Positions 48,471-58,725 of a DNA stretch of 64,000 bases are shown piece by piece. The notes beneath the pieces are model-generated. The model ran no database searches, was not told where the DNA came from, and saw only the letters and a program-made list of their open reading frames with translations. This stretch comes from Octopus sinensis. Lineage: Eukaryota. The DNA lies in contig NC_043002.1 in assembly GCF_006345805.1 (NCBI RefSeq), positions 109,306,001-109,370,000 of the forward strand, in the 5' to 3' direction. The position numbers were made by a program, and so were the translations under genes. Positions within the stretch are counted from its first letter, which is position 1. The number at the start of each line of letters is the position of its first letter.

Positions 48471-48640
48471 CTTGACTGAGAACTGGTAAGCTGGGTGGTT
48501 GCACCAGGCTCCAATCTGATTTGGCATGGTTTCTATGGTTGGATGCCCTTCTTAATGCCAACCACTCCGATAGTGTTGTGGGACCTTTTTACTTGACGCC
48601 GGCATGAGTACCAGTGAGGCAGCACAGGCATTAGCCTTAC
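48470..48640 (-). mobile_element. Retroposon fragment with RTE-like tail at the unit 7/8 junction
   Basis: ggatgcccttcttaatgccaaccactccg motif shared with 11498-11826. Confidence 0.65.
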
Positions 48641-50036
48641 TCGATGCTTCTTTATGTGTGTGTGTCTTGTATTACCTCCTCACTGTCACTTGACAACCAG
48701 TGTTGGTTGGTTTATGTCACCATAACTTACAGTACCAATAAAGAAACCAAGTGAATAAATACTAGATTTGCAAAAGGCTGTACCCCAGCATGGCCACATT
48801 CCACTGATGGAAAGAGGAAAAAGATTAATGGAAGTGGTTCCATTTCAACTAAAACTATAATTACGTGAAACATTAATACTGAGTGGAAATATTCCAATGA
48901 CCCTGGGCCCATGGCAGTACCTCCAACAGAGTATTACTTAAACACTGTCCCAAATAATTGGAATACTTTTTGGTAATTCTTAAGTATTCAGTGTATCTAT
49001 ATGAATGATTTGAATTTTTTTTTACATGTCATGTTTTCTCCTCATCTCTCTTTCATCTAGAGACTTAGGAACGAAACAGATTTCATGCTGAAGATTTGTT
49101 TTATCTGTTCTCAAAATAACAAGAATTATTGATATCAGATTTTGGCACAAGGCCAGCAGTTTGAGGGGAGGGGGCCAGTGGATTTACATGAATGCAAGTA
49201 TTCAACTAGTACTTAATTAATTGACCGAAAAGAATAAAAGGCAAAGTTGACCATGTCAGAATGTGAAGATGGATGAAATGCCACCAAGTGTTTAGCCAGG
49301 TACGCTCAGTATTTGTTGAAAGGTGGTAATGGAAATAATTCTACATATTTCATATGAAGCTACTTCTGACCACATGGAATCAAAAAATCTATTTATCTAA
49401 TTATGAACAATTGGTTAGTTTGTTTAATCACAGATGTATTCAAACAGGTGATAGAAGCATACTCTGAAATATGTGGGAAAACATTGTTAATTATCGCTGC
49501 CAAATAAGACAATAGCACTCTCACCCACCACAAAGGAGGGAAACCATTTTTTTTTTTTTTAGAAATGTTTACTTAGGGGAGAATGTATTATACACTCTGT
49601 AAAGTGGTTGGCATTAGGAAGGGCATCCAGCTGTAGAAACCATGCCAAAACAGACAATGAAGCCTGATGGGCCCCTGCTGGTTCCTGCCAAACTAGCCAT
49701 CCCTTGCCAGGACCAAAAACGGATATTAAATAATAATGATGAGGACTTAGGGAATATTCTATTAATCCTGAACAGAGACAACATAGATCAAAGTTGTGAT
49801 TGTGAGATATTGTTGAGAATACCCAATCACTTACCACACAAATAGCTACTCATTTCACAACGTTTTGGTCATTAGTATCTAATATTCATTTTATTTTTCT
49901 TTCAGGACATATTTTCATTGGAAAGAAGATTTTCTGCAGAGGATACTGAGAGTCTGCTCTGTTAGGGTAGAAAGATTTATCAACCAATTTATGTCTTCAG
50001 AATGAAAGAATAAGACTGTGAAAATTAACCGAGAGA

Positions 50037-51065
50037 ATGTTTCAGAAAGTGAGCAAACGTTACAAATGTGATATTTGTGGCAAAGATCTTACTACAAAAT
50101 CTAATTTAGCTATTCATCGGTGCACTCATACTGGGGAAAAGCCATACCACTGTGAAGTATGTAAGAAAGCATTCTCTGTAAAAGCTTATTTAACAGAACA
50201 CAAACGTACACATACCGGAGAGAAACCATTTCACTGTGAAATATGTGGAAAATCATTTTCTAGTAAAGGTTACGTAAAGGTACACAAACGTACACACACA
50301 GGAGAGAAACCATATCACTGTGAAATCTGTGGCAAAGCATTTTCAGAGTTCAGTAGTGCAAGAAGTCATCAACTTATTCACACAGGAGAAAAACGATACC
50401 GTTGTGAAATATGTGGCAAATCATTTTATCAAGTTAATAATTTAACAAGACATAAACGTATTCACACTGGGGAGGAACCATACAAGTGTGATGATTGTGG
50501 GAAAGCATTTTCTAATGTAACTAACTTTGAAACACACAAAGGTGTTCATTCGAAGCCTTTCCACTGTGAAATCTGTGATAAAGCATTTTCTGTAAAATAC
50601 TCTTTAACAGTACACAAACGTATTCACAGTGGAGAGAAGCCATATCATTGTGAAGTATGTGGGAAAGGATTTACTGGGTGTGGTACCTTAATAAGGCATA
50701 AACGTACTCACACAGGGGAAAAACGCCACCGCTGTGAAATCTGTGGGAAAGCTTTTCCTGAAAAATATGTTTTAACATTACACAAACGAATTCACACTGG
50801 AGAGAAACCATATCACTGTGAAGTTTGCGGAAAAGACTTTGCTGGTAGGTGCAACTTAGTAAATCACAAACGTATTCATACTGGGGAAAAACCACATCAC
50901 TGTGAAGTCTGTGGCAAAGCATTTTCTCAAATTGGTACTTTAGTAAGACACAGACGTATTCACACAGGAGAGAAACCATATCACTGTTTAATATGTGGAA
51001 AAGAATTTTCACTTAAGACCAGCTTAACAACACATAACCGTATTCATACAGGAGAAAAGCCATAA
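50037..51065 (+). CDS. C2H2 zinc-finger protein, paralog 8 (12 fingers, 342 aa); no own first exon found
   Basis: Intact ORF and acceptor at 49905/49906. Only distal intron sequence lies between it and paralog 7. Confidence 0.88.
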   Translation: MFQKVSKRYKCDICGKDLTTKSNLAIHRCTHTGEKPYHCEVCKKAFSVKAYLTEHKRTHTGEKPFHCEICGKSFSSKGYVKVHKRTHTGEKPYHCEICGKAFSEFSSARSHQLIHTGEKRYRCEICGKSFYQVNNLTRHKRIHTGEEPYKCDDCGKAFSNVTNFETHKGVHSKPFHCEICDKAFSVKYSLTVHKRIHSGEKPYHCEVCGKGFTGCGTLIRHKRTHTGEKRHRCEICGKAFPEKYVLTLHKRIHTGEKPYHCEVCGKDFAGRCNLVNHKRIHTGEKPHHCEVCGKAFSQIGTLVRHRRIHTGEKPYHCLICGKEFSLKTSLTTHNRIHTGEKP

Positions 51066-51408
51066 CTAATGTGAAATCTGTGGGAAAGCATTTTCTGAAA
51101 AATCTGTCCTATTAGTTCATAAACTTACACATACTGGAGAAAAACCATATCACTGTGAAATTTGTGACAAGGAATTTTCCAATAGTGGCAGCTTTAAAGG
51201 ACATATACATACACACACTGGAGAGAAGCCTCACCACTGTGAAATATGTGGCAAAATATTTTCTAACTTGAGGTGTTTAATAAGACACAAGCGTTTTCAT
51301 ACTGGGGAAAAACCATACAGCTGTGTTATTTGTGGGAAATCATTTACTCGTATTGATTATATATCTACTCATATGTACCGTTAATAATGGAGATAAACTT
51401 TACCACTG
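51066..51408 (+). pseudogene. Out-of-frame but nearly intact 4-finger tail of paralog 8
   Basis: cca TAA c TAA tgt, then [21 protein letters not shown]...[17 protein letters not shown], open in the shifted frame. Confidence 0.85.
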
Positions 51409-51604
51409 ACTTTCGTAGGAAAGCATATTATCAGACCATATTGTGATATTTGAATTGAATCTATCTATATGAATGTTATTAAAGTGCTATAAATGTTTAT
51501 AACCTGTTTTGTGTATTTTTTGGAAATTGTAGTAAATTTTTCTTTGTAATGTTACTTGTCACGTTGCATGTATCATACAATATAGTTAGAGTGAGAAAAC
51601 TTAT

Positions 51605-53390
51605 TACTACTAGCCACCCAACAGAATTAGGGAAACATACAAGACTTCATCCACTGCATGCAGTTGTCTGGCTTCTGTCAAAGGGATACAATCAAAGTGT
51701 ACAAAGGAGCCAGGTCTGAATATAAGGCCATCATAGAGAATGATGCAAATTGGTATCTGTTACACTATAAAACTTGGAATAGCAAGAGAAAGGATGAAGA
51801 AGATAGATATGGCCAACTAACTCATGGTATGATAACTAAAAATACCAGATTATTATGTTTGTTGGTAATACTCCTATAGGTGAAGAAACATAAATTTGGA
51901 AAACCTTTGGTAAAACGAATCTATGGATTTAAAGTTGTAGAAAGAGCAGGGATCACCATGAAATCCCAGATCAGGAGAGCAACTGTATAGTGTGTAGGAT
52001 GAACCCACAGATGAACAGTTTGGAAAGTAGCATATTGTGTAACATGTAGTGAGGCATAGTAGAGAAACAGGACGATGACACACACTGCTGGACACTGAAG
52101 GAAAAATTCATCAGTGCTCTACCAACATGTTCAATTCGAATATGAAAGTTTGGTTAATAGTGTAGACTTAATCACATAGACCAGACATGACACTCAGATT
52201 ATGGAGGGCCCACATGCACAGTATTCGATGAACTGAGTCTGAACAGAAAACATGAATGGTTCAACATCACCCCACTCCATTAGACTGCACAGCCTGATGA
52301 CTAAAGACAGATACAGTATAATACATAAACCCATAAATACACACAAAGACAGTAAATGGAATGAGAAAGGAAAAAATAAAAGACCCAGGTACAAACGATG
52401 TAGTAAGCAAGCACATATGCACACAAAACATGCACTCAGATACAGATTCAAATTGTTGCACATATATGGATACATAGCAGAGAAAGACAAAATGGAATAA
52501 GCAGAACAAGAAGAGACATGGTATAGAGAGATACTGAAGAGGTCACAGGATGTGGGATGAAAGAGCTGTAAGAAAGAAACTAGAATAATGATAAAGCTGA
52601 AGAGTAGACCAAATATATAGAGGGTGTTTAATTGGCAAAATATGACCATCATTATGTATAACAATATTATAACATTTTGATGTAAAGCCCCATGGTAGTC
52701 TTGAGGATATGCTATTGATTATATTATCATGGTTGTTATGGATCTGGTCATGTGGTAGTTTCGATTGTGTGGAGGCGCAATGGCCCAGTGGTTAGGGCAG
52801 CGGACTCGCGGTTTTGATTCCCAGACCGGGCGTTGTGAGTGTTTATTGAGCGAAAACACCTAAAAAAGCTCCGCGGCTCCGGCAGGGGATGGTGGTGATC
52901 TCCTGCTGTACTCTTTCACCACAACTTTCTCTCACTCTTACTTCCTGTTTTTGTTGTACCTGTATTTCAAGGGGCCGGCCTTGTCACGCTGAATATCCCC
53001 GAGAACTACGTTAAGGGTGCATGTGTCTGTGGAGTGCTCAGCCACTTGCACGTTAATTTCACGAGCAGGCTGTTCCGTTGATTCGGATCCACCAGAACCC
53101 TCATCGTCGTAACCGACGGAGTGCTTCCATCCAGTTTCGATTGTCTTATAAATCTAGATAAATTATCACCACTGGCTGAACATGCAGACACAGGAACTGA
53201 ACTTCCCTATAGTTCTGTATTGCCATTATTCCTGAAAACCATTCTTTGATAACTCATATACAGTCATTCCAAATAATCTTTGTATCTTTCTCACCCTGCA
53301 GACCCAACCCATGATTATCTTTGCACTTCTTAAGTCAACTGTTCACTATTTTATCATCACAATGACCTGAACCTCTAATGAGCTTAAGTA
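51605..53390 (-). pseudogene. Decayed antisense membrane-protein ORF (unit 8 copy, N-terminal part lost)
   Basis: Includes the 156-aa hydrophobic ORF 52194-52664 (MLYIMMVIFCQLNTLYIFGLLFSFIIILVSFL...). Confidence 0.62.
52769..53132 (+). mobile_element. Full-length tRNA-derived SINE
   Basis: 12-bp TSD agtttcgattgt; tRNA-like head ggaggcgcaatggcccagtggttagggcagc. Confidence 0.9.
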
Positions 53391-53634
53391 AGTTGAATAG
53401 TATCTTAATGTGCCAAAATTTAAAATTTTCAGTAAACCTTAATTTTGAAATACTGGCAGCAAAAAGGAAAAGATCCCCAAATTCCAAAACGTATGTGCTC
53501 CTAATGGTGTCGGATGAGAAATGGTGTATCTATATCAGCATAATAGCAACACAGAATATATCTCATTTTAATTAAAACCAGCGATTTCACTTGAAACTTT
53601 GTTGTCAAAAAAAAGAAAAAGAAAATTACCCTCT

Positions 53635-53807
53635 GTAGACCACGTGACTTGCGAGTCACCAAAATTCGCATAACACTGCCATCTTTGTTTCTCACAAAAC
53701 ATTGACTGAAGCCAAGTCGTCTTGGCGGGAGATAAAATTATTTAGCAGCAGTTGTGTATGAATGATATTAACAATGCGTAGTTATTGTGGAGAAGCAAAA
53801 TATTAAG
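53635..53807 (+). promoter_or_regulatory. Putative promoter and first exon of paralog 9
   Basis: CACGTGAC at 53641, GCCATCTT at 53678, donor attaag|gtaagg at 53807/53808. Confidence 0.62.
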
Positions 53808-54305
53808 GTAAGGCAATGTTTATTTATCTTTTGTTTATATGTATTTAATATAGGTAATTATTTCGCATTCTGGGTCGATATAAAAGGCTTTCTCTTAATT
53901 AAGGGTCAACAAATTGCTGTTTTATGTTTGTGTAATGTCGGTTGGTGTCTTAAACACTCGGCTGTCATGGATCGGTGTGAAGGCTCCGTGTCCAGAGAGC
54001 GTTGAAGGAATTAACCGAGCCATGAACGATAGTTTCCTCTTTTGTTTATCGAATTGCAAGAAAGAAATTCATTCCAGTTCATGATTGGTACTTTGTCTAC
54101 TGTTCCAGGAGACATGTCACGCAAATTAAACTAGGCTAGATCTTCAGAAATACATACACCGCTTATGGTTTTCAAAATAAACTCACTTATATTTCATAAG
54201 AATAATGAAGTAATTTTCAACGAATCGGGATCAATAAGAGAATGCGCATCAAACTTTATAACTGTGACCAAAGTGGCTTTACAATGCTTTTATTCTTTTT
54301 TAAAA

Positions 54306-54699
54306 TTTTTACTTGTTTCAGTCATTTGACTGCGGCCATGCTGGAGCACCGCCTTTAATCGAGCATCTCGACCCCGGGACTTATTCTTTTGTAAGCCCAG
54401 TACTTATTCTATCGGTCTCTTTTTGCCGAACTGCTAAGTAACGGGGACATAAACACACCAGCATCGGTCGTCAAGCAATGCTAGGGGGACAAACACAGAC
54501 ACAAACACACACACGCATACATATATATATACATATATATGATGGGCTTCTTTCAGTTTCCGTCTACCAAATCCACTCACAAGGCTTTGGTTGGCCCGAG
54601 GCTATAGAAGACACTTGCTCAAGGTGCCACGCAGTGGGACTGAACCCGGAACCATGTGATTGGTAGACAAGTTACTTACCACACAGCCACTCCTGCGCC
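54306..54699 (-). mobile_element. Full-length tRNA-derived SINE (third family) with internal microsatellite
   Basis: Head ggcgcaggagtggctgtgtggtaag...ggttcagtcc; 3' end ccagcatggccgcagtcaaatgactgaaacaagtaaaa. Short 3' stubs occur near 34400, 39170, 48780 and 57320. Confidence 0.85.
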
Positions 54700-54773
54700 T
54701 TTCATAGTAAAACTATTAAAACGTCGGAGCAAAAAAAAAAATCAAAAAAACTTTAGAATTTGTTTCAGACTTG

Positions 54774-55017
54774 GGTACTACTTGAGAACAGTGGTCCCGG
54801 TGCGCGCATCCGCACTAGCTAGTCATGATTAGTCGATCCTTACTTTGTGTTTTTGTGTTATTTACTTTGTTTAAAAAATTATTTACTTTGTGTAAAATTA
54901 TTTTGTTTTATTTACTTTGCTAGGCAGTCGTTGTAGGATCGACTAGTCACGACTAGCTAGCGCGGATGCGCGACTACGCGAGTGCGCGCACCGGGACCAC
55001 TGTTCTCAAATAGTACC
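54774..55017. mobile_element. MITE with GC-rich TIRs
   Basis: TIRs ggtactacttgagaacagtggtcccggtgcgcgca / tgcgcgcaccgggaccactgttctcaaatagtacc; 9-bp TSD tcagacttg. Confidence 0.85.
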
Positions 55018-56009
55018 TCAGACTTGTACATTCTGAATTCAAATCTTGCCATGGTCAATCAACTTCGCCTTTTATCATTCCGGTGTAATTTTGATCGCGG
55101 GACCCCTCACATTCAAAATTGCTGGCATTGTTCCTAAACGAAAGAACATTTAGTTGTATCGTCTTGGACCATTTAGCTGTAAAGAAGTTTATATTTTCCA
55201 TGCGCATGCATGGCTGGGTGTTTTAGAAGCTGGCTTTGTGACCACTTAATTTCCAGTTGAGTCCCACTGCGCGGTTCTTTGGGCAATTAAAAAAAAAAAT
55301 GTGGAAAAATATGGAGATTATTATTATGAAAAAAGTTTCCAAAAATTTTTGTAGTTAGGGTTTTAGGGTTACGGTTAGGGAATAAATTGAAAAATTAAGA
55401 AGAGGCGGGATTTCAAAATGCCGATTTTTGGTAAAAAAAAAAAATAATAATTTAAAAAATGGGAGGAAATGGGGGTGGTGAGGAAGTCTTTCCCATCTCT
55501 TTCCGTCCGTTTTTTTTTTTTTTTTTTTTTTTCCTTTTTTTTCCCTCTCAGCCCTTTCTGTTGAAGAGTATAGGCTTGAAACATAAAAGACTTTTCCATT
55601 CTTCCCAAGTGTCAAACCTTCTTGTTTTTCCCTCGCCTGTCTTCGTCGTTTGCTTTCTGTGAATTTGAACCGAAAACACTCAACTATATTTGAACTATAT
55701 ATACATACATATATATATACCATATATAATGGTGTACGGGATGGAATTTGAACTTTAAAAGAATCACCCTCAAATTAGGAGTCGTCTTCTTTAAAATCTG
55801 AACCTTCCTGTGGTTTAGAGTAGCACCTATGTCAATGGAGAACAGTGTAAAGCACTTTCATAGATCCTATAGTTCTACAGTCTAGTATTTTCTACTGGTA
55901 ACTTGAATATATCAATGGGGCACACTGTAAAACACTCACAAAAATCATGGGGTTCTAGTATTTTCTACTGATACTTACACATATGTTTGGCAAGCTGGGT
56001 CAATAGTTA

Positions 56010-56382
56010 TCTCTATATATATATAAACGGCAAAATGTCTGTGTGTGTGTGTGTATCCTTTATACAAATCCACAATTTTTCAGTTAGTGGGCTCGCACTT
56101 TCTATGGTCATTCAAAACCATCCAAGGGTGGTCGTGCACATCTTTACATTTCCCCAGTCACCCCGCAAAGCCATTAAAAAATCAATAGAAGTGACTTTTT
56201 TTGTGAATTTTCTATCCAAAACCCAATCAAAATACCCAAAACTTGATATGCCAATTGAATGCCAGCTAGCTGTATGTGATTGGTCGGAGATTTGGACAGT
56301 ACTCGCGTGTATGTGCGCACGCACACAGCTGTATATGCATGCACTAGCACTATGACCTGGCGTTGCTGGGTCATAGTGCTAG
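56010..56382 (+). mobile_element. Non-autonomous Helitron-like element
   Basis: Starts a|TCtctatatatat and ends in a perfect 15-bp stem (actagcactatgacc / ggtcatagtgctagt) that includes the terminal CTAG|t. Confidence 0.72.
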
Positions 56383-58725
56383 TAATGGTTACATTTGAAT
56401 GACAGCACAGAAAACTTGTCAGACATCGGTCATCATGTGCAACAGCTGACAAACAGAAAATGTAACAAATCAGCCCATTCAGTCGGGTCCCAGGGCCCGT
56501 TCTGTTTACACTACCTCAAAGTGCTCTCTCATACAGCGCTCAGCCAGTTGAGGGTTTTCGGGAAAAGTGTAGTTTACAGTAACTAATCTACCTGCTATGG
56601 CAGATTAGAAGCATGATCTGGGACCTTCTGTGATTGGCCAGTTTGTGTTTGTCAGATCAATCACAATAAACCTTACAATTATCGGTTATTTTTAAACATT
56701 TACAGACAGAATTCTTGAAAAGGCTCGAGTGATCATCAATATCAAGCAACTGTAACCCCCCCCCTCGTGGCTCCAAAGGACAAATAAAAGATATAAAGCT
56801 GGTTTTAGCTAAAAGTGGTAGCATGTGCCAAGTCCCACAACAAGTGCGTGCCAGTTGCGTTACACCAGCATCCACTATGACTACAATTTCACTGGACTTG
56901 ATGGGTCTTCTTCTCAAACACAACATATTGCCAAGTCTCTTGACCATTTGCCATTGCTTTTTACATACCACTGGTACGGGTGCCAGTTATGCAACACCGG
57001 CATCGGCTGCATTGTCTCTGTGAGGCCCACTGCTCATCAGGTGCTTTTTACATGGCACTGGCATTGGCCACATTGCCTCCGTTATGCCCAGCGCTCAGTT
57101 GGTGCTTTTTGTGTGCCACCTGCACAGATACCAGATGGTTGACACAGGCTTCGACCACATTTCCTCCATGGAGCCCATCGCTCGGAAGATGCTTTTTATG
57201 TGCCAATTATGTGACACGCATCATCCATGACTACGATTATCCTCATCGTTTAACGTCTGCTTTCCATGCCAGCATGGGCTGGATGGCTTGACCGAGAATT
57301 GAGTTGAACCAAACCTTTCAAGGCAGTACCCCAGCATGGCCACATTCCACTGATGGAAAGAAGAAAAAGATTAATGGAATTGGTTCCATTTCAACTAAAA
57401 CAAACAATAACTGTTACTTTATTTGCATGACATTTTTCTGAGATTCTTAGACATATGAATAGTTAAGGACAAAAATATTTGTCTTGTTGGAGGGATGTAG
57501 TGTAATGTTTGAAACTTTGCTGAGTATAATTATGTGAAACATTAATACTGAGTGGAAATAATCCAGTGACCATGGGCCTATGACAGTACCTCCAACAGAG
57601 TATTACTTAAACACCGTCCCAAATAGCAGGAATGGTTTTCTGGTAATTCTTAAGTATCAAGTATATCTATAACAATGATTTGATTCTTTACATCTGTCAT
57701 GTTTTCTTCTCATCTCTCTTTCATCTAGAGACTGAGGAAGGAAACAGATTTTGTCCTGAAGAAGATTTGTGCTTTTTCTGTTCTCAAACAAACAAATAGT
57801 GTTGATTTTAGCATTTTGGCACAAGGCCAGTAGTTTGAGGGGAGAGGCCAGTGGATTTACATCAGTGCAAGTATTCAACTGGTACTTATTTCATTGATCG
57901 AAAAGAATGAAAGGCAAAGTTGCCCTTGTCAGAATGTGAAGATGGGTGAAATGCCACTAAGCCTTTAGCCAGGCACACTCATGATTCATTGAAAGGAGGT
58001 AATGGAAAGAATTCTGCATATTTCTTATGAAGCTACTTCTGACCTCATGAAATGAGAACATCTATTTATCTAATTCTGCCTAGTTTCAATCTGTGAACAC
58101 TTGGTCAGTTTGTTTAATCACACACATATTCAAACAGGTGATAGAAGCATACTCTGAAATATGTGGGAAAACATTGTTAATTATTGCTGTCAAATAAGAC
58201 AATAGCACTCTCACCCACCACAAAGGAGGGAAAGCATTTTTTTAGAAATGTTTACTGACGGGAGATTGCGTTATACACTCTGTAAAGTGGTGAGCATTAG
58301 GAAGGGCATCCAGCTGTAGAAACCATGCCAACTGACAATGGAACCTGGTGGGACTTTGCTGGTTCCTGTCAAACTGTCCGACTCTTGCCAGGACCAAAAA
58401 CAGATATTAGATAATAATGATAAGGACTTAGGGAATATTCTATTGATCCTGAACAGAGACAACATGAAGAAAGGTTGTGACTTGCTGATCTATGATTGAG
58501 ATATTGTTGAGAATATAGTCAATCACTTACCACACAAATAGCAACTCATTTCACAACTTTTTAGTCATTAGTATCTAATATTTATTTTATTTTTCTTTCA
58601 GGACATATTTCCATTTGAAAGATTTTCTGCAGAGGATACTGCCAATCTGCTGTGTTTGGGTAGAGAGATTTATTAACCAATGTTTTCAGAATGAGAAAAT
58701 AAAATTGCAAAATTTAACTGAGAGA

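Noticed and set aside
1522-51065. Idea that the paralogs were truncated by several independent, convergent stop mutations
   Set aside because: Codon alignment places the stop at the same Tyr codon in all eight. Paralogs 1, 3 and 8 only add a second lesion upstream.
52769-52840. tRNA-like sequences (also near 15530-15599 and 54630-54699)
   Set aside because: They are SINE heads: they continue into SINE bodies, two of the three have clear TSDs, and I could not see a complete cloverleaf.
55355-55380. TTAGGG-like repeats as an interstitial telomere
   Set aside because: Only about four degenerate units, inside repeat-like sequence.
55355-55723. 122-aa and overlapping ORFs rich in Lys or Phe
   Set aside because: Products of poly(T)/poly(A) low-complexity tracts.
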